From the IMG/VR virus record IMGVR_UViG_3300003937_000325: 64,000 nt of DNA, one strand, 5' to 3'. This DNA comes from a virus (taxonomy: Duplodnaviria > Caudoviricetes). Every line of letters starts with the position of its first letter. Positions within the stretch are counted from its first letter, which is position 1. Position numbers and translations under genes: made by a program. Below are positions 39,445 through 49,058 of this stretch, in pieces. The notes under the pieces are model-generated. The model saw only the letters and a program-made list of their open reading frames with translations. It searched no databases and was not told the DNA's origin.

Positions 39445-40527
39445 ATGAAAAATGTAGTAGTTTTAGGTGGGGGAGGATTCATTGGTGGTCACCTCTCAAA
39501 AAGATTAAAAGATAATGGTAATAATGTAACCATATGTGACATAAAAAATCATGAGTTCTTTAATCATACGGAGATATGTGATAATTTTATCAAAGGAGAT
39601 TTAAGAGACCCTAAAATAGTGGAACAAGTTATTACGGATGGTATTGATGAGGTTTATCAATTAGCCGCAGATATGGGTGGTGCGGGTTATATTTTTACGG
39701 GTGATAATGATGCGAATGTAATGCATAATTCGGCATTAATTAATTTAAATGTGGTACATGAATGTACTAAAAAGAAAGTTGGTAAAGTATTTTATTCTTC
39801 TTCGGCGTGTATGTATCCTGAACATAATCAATTAGACCCTAAAAATCCAAACTGTGAAGAGTCTTCAGCTTATCCAGCTAATCCCGATTCTGAATATGGG
39901 TGGGAAAAGTTATTTTCAGAAAGACTATTTTTATCGTTTAATAGAAATTATGAATTAGATGTTAGAATTGCACGTTTTCATAATATTTTTGGACCTATGG
40001 GTACGTGGACAGGAGGTAAAGAAAAGGCTCCCGCAGCAATGTGTCGTAAAGTCGCAGAAACTGAAAATACATTAGAAGTGTGGGGAGACGGTAATCAAAC
40101 ACGTTCTTTTCTTTTTATAGATGAATGTATAACCGCAATATTTAAATTAATGGAGTCCGATTTTATTGGTCCCGTTAATATTGGTTCTGAAGAAATGGTA
40201 ACAATAAATCAGTTGGGCCAAATGGCTATTGATATCTCGGAAAAAGATGTTAAAATTAGTAATATATATGGTCAAGAATTTATTGATAAATATGGGTTCA
40301 AATGTCCTTTAGGTGTAAGAGGTAGAAACTCTGACAATAAACTTTATAGAAATAAAATAGGGTGGGAAGTTTCCCAACCTTTAATAAATGGAATGAAAAA
40401 AACATATCAGTGGATTAATGAGCAAGTAAACAATAAGACTTATATATACGAAAGTCCCGATAAAGGGAATACAATATATCGTAGAGAATTTGGTGAACCA
40501 CCAAACACTCGTGAAAAAACGAAATAA
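39445..40527 (+). CDS. NAD-dependent epimerase, GDP-mannose 3',5'-epimerase-like
   Basis: GGGGFIG, QLAADMGGAGYI, SSSACMYP, YGWEK and GGKEKAPAAMCRK. Confidence 0.85.
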   Translation: MKNVVVLGGGGFIGGHLSKRLKDNGNNVTICDIKNHEFFNHTEICDNFIKGDLRDPKIVEQVITDGIDEVYQLAADMGGAGYIFTGDNDANVMHNSALINLNVVHECTKKKVGKVFYSSSACMYPEHNQLDPKNPNCEESSAYPANPDSEYGWEKLFSERLFLSFNRNYELDVRIARFHNIFGPMGTWTGGKEKAPAAMCRKVAETENTLEVWGDGNQTRSFLFIDECITAIFKLMESDFIGPVNIGSEEMVTINQLGQMAIDISEKDVKISNIYGQEFIDKYGFKCPLGVRGRNSDNKLYRNKIGWEVSQPLINGMKKTYQWINEQVNNKTYIYESPDKGNTIYRREFGEPPNTREKTK

Positions 40528-40545
40528 ATACACAATACTGAAATA

Positions 40546-41253
40546 ATGGCAAGAAAAGGAGAATCGGGTACACGAAAATTACCAAGAAAAGATTTAATAA
40601 ATAAAATAATTAATAAAAATCCTAAACAAAAATTTTTATCAGAAAGTCAAAAAGAATATCACGAAATATTAAAGGAGAGTGAAATAACAATATGTACAGG
40701 ACCTGCGGGGGTGGGTAAATCATATATCGCAATGAAAGCTGCGGTAGAACTTTTAATGGACCAAAATAACTCTTATGAAAAAATAATCATTGTTAGACCG
40801 GCAGTTGAAGCTGAGGAAAAATTAGGAGCATTACCTGGTAATTTAGAAGAAAAACTAGACCCATATATTTTTCCATCGTATTACTTATTAAATAAAATTA
40901 TAGGTAAAGAGGCTAGAGAAAAATTAAAAGAAAATGATATTATAGAGGTTTTCGCTTTAGCTTATATGAGAGGTATGAATATTGATAACTCAATATTAAT
41001 CTTTGAAGAGGCTCAGAATTCAACACCTTCTCAGATGAAATTACTATTAACTAGAATAGGTTTTAATAGTAAATTTTTCATATCAGGCGATATTGACCAA
41101 ACGGATAGATATAAAGATAAAACACAATCGGGGTTATACGATGCGACAATTAGATTTAAAAATTTAGACAAAGTTGGCACATATGATTTTAAAACAGACG
41201 ATATCATCAGAAATCCTTTGATTAGTAAATTATTAGATAGATACGACACATGA
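40546..41253 (+). CDS. phoH: PhoH-like ATPase
   Basis: GPAGVGKS, LGALPG, AYMRG, EEAQN and SGDIDQ. Confidence 0.92.
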   Translation: MARKGESGTRKLPRKDLINKIINKNPKQKFLSESQKEYHEILKESEITICTGPAGVGKSYIAMKAAVELLMDQNNSYEKIIIVRPAVEAEEKLGALPGNLEEKLDPYIFPSYYLLNKIIGKEAREKLKENDIIEVFALAYMRGMNIDNSILIFEEAQNSTPSQMKLLLTRIGFNSKFFISGDIDQTDRYKDKTQSGLYDATIRFKNLDKVGTYDFKTDDIIRNPLISKLLDRYDT

Positions 41254-41900
41254 GAGTAGCATTTGATTTAAATGGTGTAATTAGAGACACTTTCACAAAG
41301 GCAGAACAATTATATCAAAAACATTATATTGATGAATTTGAGGACGAAAATAATTCTGTTTATAATGAAGAGACTGAAGAATTTGATAAAGTATTATCTG
41401 TCGATGACTTTAAATACGAATTAGATTTACCTGTAAAAAATTTAGACGATTTAATCAATCATTTTAAATTTAAAGATAAAGAAGATTTATTTGAATTCTT
41501 TTATATCGATTTTGCTATGCAAATTTTTGGTCACTCACCATCTATAGATGGACCAACTTTTAATATTTTAAATGAAATATACGAAACTTTAAGAGACGAC
41601 CATGAAGTACTAATAGTATCTGATGAAATCGGTAAGTCAAAACCAGCTACACTATTTTTTTTATCCAAGTATGGTTGTTTGGTTGAGAAAATAAAATTTT
41701 ATTCTAACATTACAATAGATAGTATGTGGGATGAAGTTGATATACTAATTACTTCCAACCCAAATCATATTATAAACCAACCGAAAAATAAAACAGTTAT
41801 TAAATGTACAACATCGTATAATGAAGATATTAATTCAGAATACACCATCAACGATATTGGAGAATTTAAAGAACTATATAAACAATTAAAATTAAAATAA
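41250..41900 (+). CDS. HAD-like 5'(3')-nucleotidase-type protein
   Basis: RVAFDLNGVIRD motif I (second Asp replaced by Asn). Confidence 0.5.
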   Translation: MRVAFDLNGVIRDTFTKAEQLYQKHYIDEFEDENNSVYNEETEEFDKVLSVDDFKYELDLPVKNLDDLINHFKFKDKEDLFEFFYIDFAMQIFGHSPSIDGPTFNILNEIYETLRDDHEVLIVSDEIGKSKPATLFFLSKYGCLVEKIKFYSNITIDSMWDEVDILITSNPNHIINQPKNKTVIKCTTSYNEDINSEYTINDIGEFKELYKQLKLK

Positions 41901-42217
41901 TGTTACAATTTTTAGAAGAAAACTATTATGTTGACTTTATTGCTTTAGAAAAAGAGGTTAATATACCTAAAAATGAAGACGGTAAAGAATTAACCACTGA
42001 AAAAGAAACTGAAAAAATCTCTGAAGATAAATTTGCTCAACACATAAGTGTAGTGAAATTTGAAACAATAAAAATGATGTTAGAGGTCGTTTTAACTGAA
42101 AGAGAGGAAATAGACGATAACTTAGGTATACGTGCGGGAACTTCAAAGTCTTTAAGTATTCCCTTTAAAATTGCTTTTAATACATTATTAAGACACGGAA
42201 TAATAAAATATATATAA
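41900..42217 (+). CDS. Hypothetical protein
   Basis: ORF track; operon coupling. Confidence 0.65.
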   Translation: MLQFLEENYYVDFIALEKEVNIPKNEDGKELTTEKETEKISEDKFAQHISVVKFETIKMMLEVVLTEREEIDDNLGIRAGTSKSLSIPFKIAFNTLLRHGIIKYI

Positions 42218-42220
42218 ATT

Positions 42221-43285
42221 ATGGATACAGAATTATTAAAAAAAGTTGAACTATCGGTTCAACGATTAACGGATAAATCAGTAAGGATTTATTTTTTAAC
42301 ACAAGACACTAAAGGGAACGCTAAGGCTTCCGTAAGACAAACTTATGAAATCGCCTTAACCCTAAAAAATAATGGATTTAATCCAATAATCATTCATGAA
42401 ACAAAAGAATATACGGGAGTTTCTGAATGGTTAGGTGAAGAGTATATGGAATTACCTCATGAAAGTATTGAAGGTGAAGATTTAAAGATTTCTCCTGAAG
42501 ATTTTATTGTTGTACCTGAAATATATGGTCACGTATTAGAACAACTTGCTAATCTACCTTGTGGTAAAATCATCTCATGTCAGGCTTATGACCATATGTT
42601 AGAGACTTTACAACCTGGTACAACTTGGTCACAATATGGTTTCCTAAAGGCGATAACTACTAGTGAAAAACAAACAGAACTTGTTAAGGGCGTTATGAAG
42701 AATATCACATTTGATATTATACCACCTTTTATTTCTGAAAAGTTCTCAGCGAAAGAAGTACCATCAAAACCAATCATTTCAATTCATACTCGTGACCAAA
42801 GGGACACTATGAAAATAATAAAAACTTTTTATTTAAAGTACCCACAATTTAGATGGGTTACATTTAGAGACATGAGAGGTCTTAATCAAGAACAGTTCGC
42901 AGAATACTTAAAAGATTCTTTTGTTTCTGTATGGGTAGATGATACATCATCAGTAGGGACATTCCCGATAGAATCAATGGCGAGTCGAACACCAGTAATC
43001 GGTAAAGTTCCAAATCTAAAACCTGATTGGATGGCAGAAAACAATGGTGTTTGGACATACGAATTAAATCAAATGACTGATATAATAGCTGAGTTCACTC
43101 AAAATTGGTTAGAGGATAATATTAATGATGATTTATATAAGGCGGGTATTGAAACCTCCGATAAATTTAAAAATAGAGAAGAATTCGAATCAAATGTAGT
43201 TGGAACATTTTCAGGTTACTTAGAGACTAGAAAAACTATATTCGAAACACAATTAGATAAACTAAAAGTAGAAGAAGAAAATTAA
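42221..43285 (+). CDS. GT-B fold glycosyltransferase (GT4-like)
   Basis: IVVPEIY and GTFPIESMASRTPVIG correspond to the 'E-x7-E' region. Confidence 0.7.
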   Translation: MDTELLKKVELSVQRLTDKSVRIYFLTQDTKGNAKASVRQTYEIALTLKNNGFNPIIIHETKEYTGVSEWLGEEYMELPHESIEGEDLKISPEDFIVVPEIYGHVLEQLANLPCGKIISCQAYDHMLETLQPGTTWSQYGFLKAITTSEKQTELVKGVMKNITFDIIPPFISEKFSAKEVPSKPIISIHTRDQRDTMKIIKTFYLKYPQFRWVTFRDMRGLNQEQFAEYLKDSFVSVWVDDTSSVGTFPIESMASRTPVIGKVPNLKPDWMAENNGVWTYELNQMTDIIAEFTQNWLEDNINDDLYKAGIETSDKFKNREEFESNVVGTFSGYLETRKTIFETQLDKLKVEEEN

Positions 43286-43290
43286 TAATT

Positions 43291-44097
43291 ATGGAAAATA
43301 AATTAAACGTATCAGTTATACTACCTATTAATTCTTCAAAAGTGAAAAACTTTGTTGAGTTCTTTAATAGTTGTATACTTTCAATAATAAAACAATCGAC
43401 ACCAATCGATGAGTTAGTTATTGTACATAGTGATGAAGAGTCACTAAAAGAAGTAGTTCAAAACTTTGACTATAGTGGTCTAACAGTAAACTTAGTTGAA
43501 AATACAGGTGATGTTGATTTCTCATCTCAAGTAAACTTAGGAGTTGAAAACGCTAAAAATGAATGGATTTCTTTATTAGAGTTTGATGATGAATATGCGT
43601 CAATATGGTTTAAAAATGTTAAACGATATATAGAAGCTTATCCAAAAGTATCAGGATTCTTACCATTAGTATTAGACGTAGATGAAAAAGGTGTTTTTGC
43701 TGGATTCACAAATGAGGCAACCTTTGCAGCTAATATGAATAGTGAGATTGGTTACTTAACTAATGAAGTTTTATTAAACTATCAAAATTTTCAAACAAGC
43801 GGAGTCGTACTTAAAAAATCAGTTTTTAAAGACTTTGGTGGATTTAAAAAATCCATGAAATTAACTTTTGTATATGAGTTCCTACTAAGGTTAAGTTATA
43901 ATTCAGTAGAAATAATGACAATACCTAGAATTGGTTACAAACACATGAACATGAGAGAGGGTTCAATTTTTTGGAATTACAAATTTGGTGAGCAAAAAAT
44001 ATCTGAAGACGAAGTTGCGTTTTGGATTGACTCGGCGAAAAAAGAACATTTTTTTATTGAAGATAGGGACATAAACTATCAAGCAATAGATGTTTAA
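43291..44097 (+). CDS. GT2-family glycosyltransferase
   Basis: SVILP, NLGVENAKNEWISLLEFDD. Confidence 0.75.
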   Translation: MENKLNVSVILPINSSKVKNFVEFFNSCILSIIKQSTPIDELVIVHSDEESLKEVVQNFDYSGLTVNLVENTGDVDFSSQVNLGVENAKNEWISLLEFDDEYASIWFKNVKRYIEAYPKVSGFLPLVLDVDEKGVFAGFTNEATFAANMNSEIGYLTNEVLLNYQNFQTSGVVLKKSVFKDFGGFKKSMKLTFVYEFLLRLSYNSVEIMTIPRIGYKHMNMREGSIFWNYKFGEQKISEDEVAFWIDSAKKEHFFIEDRDINYQAIDV

Positions 44098-44900
44098 TGT
44101 TTTTAGAACCAAAAAGTGCTACTACAACTAATAACGATTCAAATAAAGTGGTTGTTTCAGGTAATACTGAAACTCCTGAAGTGATTGAAAAGAAAAAAAG
44201 AGGTAGAAAACCAACAACTAATAATTATTTCGCGGAAAGAGAAGAGAGGGCAGTTAGATTATTTTTAACTGCCTCTACTTTTACTGAAAAAAATAAAATC
44301 TATGATGAATATCTAAGAGCACCTTTAGATAAAATGATTGAATCAATCATTAGAAGATATAAACTTTATAGAAAGGGGATGGAATTTCGTGAAATTAATC
44401 ATGACACCCACTCTTTTTTAATTACAAAGGTTGAAAAATTTAAACCTGAAAAAGGTAAAAAAGCATACTCTTATTTTGGTACGATATGTAAAAACTACCT
44501 AATGGGTATGATTATAAAAGACCAAAAAGAACAAAATAGGAAAATATCATATGAAGATATAACTACTAAATTAGAAAGTAGGCCTGATATGATTTACTAT
44601 CTTGAAAATGAAAAGATAGAGGCAACGGATGTGATTAAAAGATTCATAAAAGAACTTAATGATTATATAGAAAATACCGATTTAAATAATAACGAATTAA
44701 AGTTAGGATACGCTTTGATGGAGTTATTTGAGAATTATAACAATATTTTTATAGGAACGGATAATAATAAATTTAATAAAAATATAATACTACTATCTCT
44801 ACGTGATATGACAAATATGTCTACTAAGGAAATAAGGACATCAATGAGAAAGTATAAGAAATTATATTATGAGTTGACAAATAAATTACATAATCTATAA
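44097..44900 (+). CDS. Phage late sigma factor (T4 gp55-like)
   Basis: Sigma region 2-like FKPEKGKKAYSYFGTICKNYL resembles the gp55 'F-x-P...AFSYFT' region; last gene of a non-structural operon, immediately before late genes. Confidence 0.7.
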   Translation: MFLEPKSATTTNNDSNKVVVSGNTETPEVIEKKKRGRKPTTNNYFAEREERAVRLFLTASTFTEKNKIYDEYLRAPLDKMIESIIRRYKLYRKGMEFREINHDTHSFLITKVEKFKPEKGKKAYSYFGTICKNYLMGMIIKDQKEQNRKISYEDITTKLESRPDMIYYLENEKIEATDVIKRFIKELNDYIENTDLNNNELKLGYALMELFENYNNIFIGTDNNKFNKNIILLSLRDMTNMSTKEIRTSMRKYKKLYYELTNKLHNL

Positions 44901-44911
44901 AAAAATTATTC

Positions 44912-44925
44912 TATAAATATTTATA
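44912..44925. promoter_or_regulatory. Palindromic double late-promoter site TATAAATATTTATA
   Basis: Perfect 14-bp palindrome; the plus-strand TATTTAT is 6 nt before the ATG at 44931. Confidence 0.55.
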
Positions 44926-44930
44926 ACATT

Positions 44931-45305
44931 ATGGCAAGACCTAAAAAAAAAGAAATAGTATTAAGTAAAGACTCAGTTCTTTCACTTATGCAAGAAATTT
45001 ACAACGAACTTGTAGAACAAAGAGCGACCGCTATAAGAATACAAAATAAAATGTTGGCGATGTTAAAGGACCCTGAGGATATGACCGTTATTGGACCTGT
45101 TATCAAAGAACAACAAAAAATCGTAAATGATACTATAGAAAAGAAACTATCACTTTCTAAGTTACAGTCAACAATATGGGAAAAAACTAATAATACCTCA
45201 AGCGAGGAATTTAGTTTATCTGAAATTGATGATGACACATTACAAACCTTAATACAACAAGATTTAAGCAGTGGTGACAAGAAGGACGGTTATAAACTTG
45301 ATTAA
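44931..45305 (+). CDS. Helical protein, possibly terminase small subunit (gp16-like)
   Basis: VIGPVIKEQQKIVNDTIEKKLSLSKLQ loosely resembles the gp16 central helices; weak. Confidence 0.3.
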   Translation: MARPKKKEIVLSKDSVLSLMQEIYNELVEQRATAIRIQNKMLAMLKDPEDMTVIGPVIKEQQKIVNDTIEKKLSLSKLQSTIWEKTNNTSSEEFSLSEIDDDTLQTLIQQDLSSGDKKDGYKLD

Positions 45306-45316
45306 AAATAACCATT

Positions 45317-47281
45317 ATGTCGATAAAAGATAAGTTTAAACAGGCTAGTTCTAAAGTAGATGCATACAAATCCACTATTAATACTGCGGTTAATCAAAAA
45401 AAACTACAAAAAATATCTGATGGTTTAGATAGTAACTTTCAAAACGCAAAAAGTGACGCCCTAAAGCAATTAAACGCTATGGGTGATATCAAACAAAGAG
45501 CTCAACAAGAAATTGAAAACGTATTTGATGAATTAACTAAGTTATTCAAAAAAACTATGCCTAGTGGTAAAAATACAGGTTCTTCCACTATCGACTTCCT
45601 AATAAAACAAGTTTTAATGGCTAGTGAAAATACTAAATCCAGAATGGGTGAGATTGTTGCTGAGGAGGTATTGAAAGTTGCGGGTTGTTCAGAAGAGCAG
45701 GAGTTTAATACTCAACCACTTTACATACCAGTTAACGATATCGATTTAAGGGAATTATTAAAAAACGACCCATCATCCAAGCCATGGACATTTAGATATG
45801 AAAAAGACTCCATAAATGTCGGTTCTCAACCATTTTCAATGGATAAAGAACTTTATAATAGACTTCAGAATGAGGGTGTACCATTTACGGCCGAATACGG
45901 TAGTAGTTACATTGGTGCATCAGGAGCCGGTATTTTTGATATAAAGTATGTTACACAATACCCCGACCCTAATACTGGAACACCTATTTTTGGTGATTTT
46001 TACGAGGTAACATTAGCCAATAGATTAAATGGAGATAATTTAGGTGATTTCTTAAGAGATTATTACGGTTCTATAGATATAGTTAATTTTAATATGATAT
46101 CGGTAGAAATCATGAATATGTTAACTAACATTATTGATATTTCGGGTGGGATTTCTGTTAATCAAAAAGAAGAACAGACTAAGTTTGAAAAAATATTACA
46201 AAGAATATTAGGTCTTTGTTTTGATAGTAATAGAGAAATTGATGTTCAGGGTACCGCTAAGTTAGGGCAGTTAGATAATATAGACCCATCGTTTTTTGAG
46301 ATGTCTCCACTTGATTTAAAAAATATTGAGATTGAAGTTAATAATATGATTCAAGGAGTTACCGAGTTCACTGACTGTAATAATGTCAAATTACCCGTCA
46401 ATACTGAGTCACTATTAGATTCAATGGCTCAACTCATTAATGACGATGTTGGTAATGCCGGTCAAAACGCAGATAACTTAATGGGTTTAGTCAACAATAT
46501 GGCTAAAGACCAAGATTGGAAACTCAATATACCATCGGGTATTGATTTAAATTTAAATGTCGCGATTAATAATGATTTTTTAAAGATTATCCCAAAAGCC
46601 GTGATGTTCGCTATCTTAAGACCAAAAATGTTATTAGGGTTACAAATTGTAATGAAGTCAGTTAATCCAAATTTTGCGAATATATTGGCACTAAGTAATT
46701 TAGAGTCATTTATTAAAACGTTTGGTAAATTTATGACAGAAATGTTAAGTAAAATTGCTGCGATATTTGTTGAAGAATTATTCATTTTATTAAAAAAGAA
46801 CTTAAGATTATTGGTAGAAACATTACTTGTTGAAATAGTTAAAGAAGCCAAAAATAAACAAGCTGCTATGATTGCCGGAGTTATATTTTTAATAATTCAA
46901 TTAGTTCAGGGTTTTATTGATTATCGAGAATGTAAAAGTTTAGTTGATGAAATATTAAAATTATTGAATTTAGCCGCCGCAGCCACAGGTATATCGTTAC
47001 CTTCTTTCGCTTTGGCGGCTAGTTCATTATTAGGTGGATTCTCTCCGACAAGAGCAATGACAGAAGTGACGGAAAGACTTCAATCAATAGGTATACCGAC
47101 AGGTGACCTTCCAAGTGGAGCAGTAAATATTGCCATGCCAGCAATGTTTCAACAAATAAAAGGTACTTACCAAGAGCAATTAGCTAATGGTAAAGTTGAA
47201 GTCTTTATACCACCATTAGCGGTGCCACCTGTGATAGCAGGAGCGACCGCACCATCAAAGGCTTCAGGAAAATCGTATTAA
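45317..47281 (+). CDS. Large hypothetical protein, probably virion/baseplate-associated
   Basis: 654-aa ORF in a late operon with the gp5-like gene. Confidence 0.55.
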   Translation: MSIKDKFKQASSKVDAYKSTINTAVNQKKLQKISDGLDSNFQNAKSDALKQLNAMGDIKQRAQQEIENVFDELTKLFKKTMPSGKNTGSSTIDFLIKQVLMASENTKSRMGEIVAEEVLKVAGCSEEQEFNTQPLYIPVNDIDLRELLKNDPSSKPWTFRYEKDSINVGSQPFSMDKELYNRLQNEGVPFTAEYGSSYIGASGAGIFDIKYVTQYPDPNTGTPIFGDFYEVTLANRLNGDNLGDFLRDYYGSIDIVNFNMISVEIMNMLTNIIDISGGISVNQKEEQTKFEKILQRILGLCFDSNREIDVQGTAKLGQLDNIDPSFFEMSPLDLKNIEIEVNNMIQGVTEFTDCNNVKLPVNTESLLDSMAQLINDDVGNAGQNADNLMGLVNNMAKDQDWKLNIPSGIDLNLNVAINNDFLKIIPKAVMFAILRPKMLLGLQIVMKSVNPNFANILALSNLESFIKTFGKFMTEMLSKIAAIFVEELFILLKKNLRLLVETLLVEIVKEAKNKQAAMIAGVIFLIIQLVQGFIDYRECKSLVDEILKLLNLAAAATGISLPSFALAASSLLGGFSPTRAMTEVTERLQSIGIPTGDLPSGAVNIAMPAMFQQIKGTYQEQLANGKVEVFIPPLAVPPVIAGATAPSKASGKSY

Positions 47282-47282
47282 T

Positions 47283-47480
47283 ATGGATGAAAATAAAATA
47301 ACAAAAATACTATTAGAGTATAAAAACAGTTCCAATAAAGATTTAATCGAAGCGATGGATTTTGTACAAAATGATTTTGAGGAAACTAAAACTAATATTA
47401 TTAAATTAACTCGTCATTTAGATAGTACTGAAATAATTTATAATAAAATTTTAAACGAGTATAAAAAAAGAACTAAGTAA
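47283..47480 (+). CDS. Small coiled-coil hypothetical protein
   Basis: ORF track; coupled to the next gene. Confidence 0.6.
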   Translation: MDENKITKILLEYKNSSNKDLIEAMDFVQNDFEETKTNIIKLTRHLDSTEIIYNKILNEYKKRTK

Positions 47481-49036
47481 TGGCTGATATACCATATAAT
47501 AATAGAATAATATATGTAGGTGAATGTATTGATAATATTGACCCTATGGGATTGGGTCGTATTCGTGCCGTACTAAAAACTGAAAACACTGCAGATAGGG
47601 AAAAAAGTGTTGCCGATACTGTAGGTGTAACAGAAAAATGGACATCTAGAGACCCATTTGTTATTAGACCTCTATTACCTGTCTTCATAAATACTGCACC
47701 TAAAAATGGTGAATTTGTTCATTTAATTTACTCTAACTCTGACGATAAGTCTAATAAAGATAAGTTTTATATTTCAGGTGTTTTTTCCTCTTTAACGAAC
47801 GTAAAACAAGAACCTTATAATTCGGCGGTTAGTAACAGTAATTTAGGTAGTAGAAATAAACAACAGAAACAACTACGTAACCCAAACACAGGAATCGTAT
47901 TTGAATCATCTAATAAGGGTGTCTATTCTGAGCCAGACGACATATCTATTGATGGTAGAGGAAGTGCCGATATTGTTGTTAAAGAAAATACCGTATTATT
48001 AAGGGCTGGTAAATATAATGGTCAACCTATCCCAAATGTTTACCCTGTTGGTAATGATAATAGGTCATTCTTACAACTTAGTAAATTTAATAAAAAGACG
48101 GTATACGGTGAAGCCGAAAAACTTTATAAGTTTAAGTATAGACATAAACCAATTAGAATTTTAGTAGAATATAACGTTGTAAATCCTGATAATAATTCAA
48201 ACGCCTATACAGGAGGAATTTATATTTATACTTTAACCCCTAACGAAAGAAATGGTAGTCAAAGTTTTGATTTAACTACAGATGTAGAGGGTACTAAGAA
48301 TCTATACCAAAAGTTTGATTTTTTAGCCCTATCCGTTAATGATTTGACACGTTTAATTAATAAAATAATTAATGGTGTTGCAGAAAAATTGGTACCTGAT
48401 TTATCGACTATAACAACATCAGTTACACCTTTAGGTCCTTTTAGATTAAGAGGTGGTGGTGATTCAACATACCCTATTTATTTTAGACCTCAGCCAAGTC
48501 TATATAATAAATTAAATTCTGACACATCACAAACAAATGAGAAATTATTTATAGCTAATTTAATGTCTGGCGTTAAAGTTAAACAATCGGACTTAGTAGG
48601 TGGTTATGGGTTAATATATGACCAATCAAAAAGAGGGGATGTCCCTTTTACTCCTGAAAAAAATGAGATAATACCTGAAAAGGAAATATTATTAAATAAT
48701 ACCGCATCTATAATGGGTGGGGACTTTGTTTATTTACTTTCACATAAATCATCAAAAAATGATACAGGTAAAATAAATTTATCTGACACTTTATACGGTA
48801 TTGAGGAATATACCCTTTCAGATGAGATTGAACCTAAAACATCTTCAGTTGTTAGAGGAGAAGAATTAATTGAGTTATTAAATTTAATGGTACAATTTCT
48901 TATTGGACATGTTCATCCGTATCATGGTATGGTTCCTGATGGCACATCAACTAACGGAGTTACCATGGAAAAGTTACAAAAAGAACTTAGAGACGCAAAT
49001 CAAAAGATACTAAATAAGTATATTCGTATAAACTAA
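47480..49036 (+). CDS. Baseplate central spike (T4 gp5/VgrG-like OB-fold, no lysozyme motif seen)
   Basis: GECIDNIDPMGLGRIRAV OB-fold start; C-terminal GHVHPY HxH metal-binding tip. Confidence 0.7.
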   Translation: MADIPYNNRIIYVGECIDNIDPMGLGRIRAVLKTENTADREKSVADTVGVTEKWTSRDPFVIRPLLPVFINTAPKNGEFVHLIYSNSDDKSNKDKFYISGVFSSLTNVKQEPYNSAVSNSNLGSRNKQQKQLRNPNTGIVFESSNKGVYSEPDDISIDGRGSADIVVKENTVLLRAGKYNGQPIPNVYPVGNDNRSFLQLSKFNKKTVYGEAEKLYKFKYRHKPIRILVEYNVVNPDNNSNAYTGGIYIYTLTPNERNGSQSFDLTTDVEGTKNLYQKFDFLALSVNDLTRLINKIINGVAEKLVPDLSTITTSVTPLGPFRLRGGGDSTYPIYFRPQPSLYNKLNSDTSQTNEKLFIANLMSGVKVKQSDLVGGYGLIYDQSKRGDVPFTPEKNEIIPEKEILLNNTASIMGGDFVYLLSHKSSKNDTGKINLSDTLYGIEEYTLSDEIEPKTSSVVRGEELIELLNLMVQFLIGHVHPYHGMVPDGTSTNGVTMEKLQKELRDANQKILNKYIRIN

Positions 49037-49058
49037 GTATTTATATTAAAAAGAGTTT

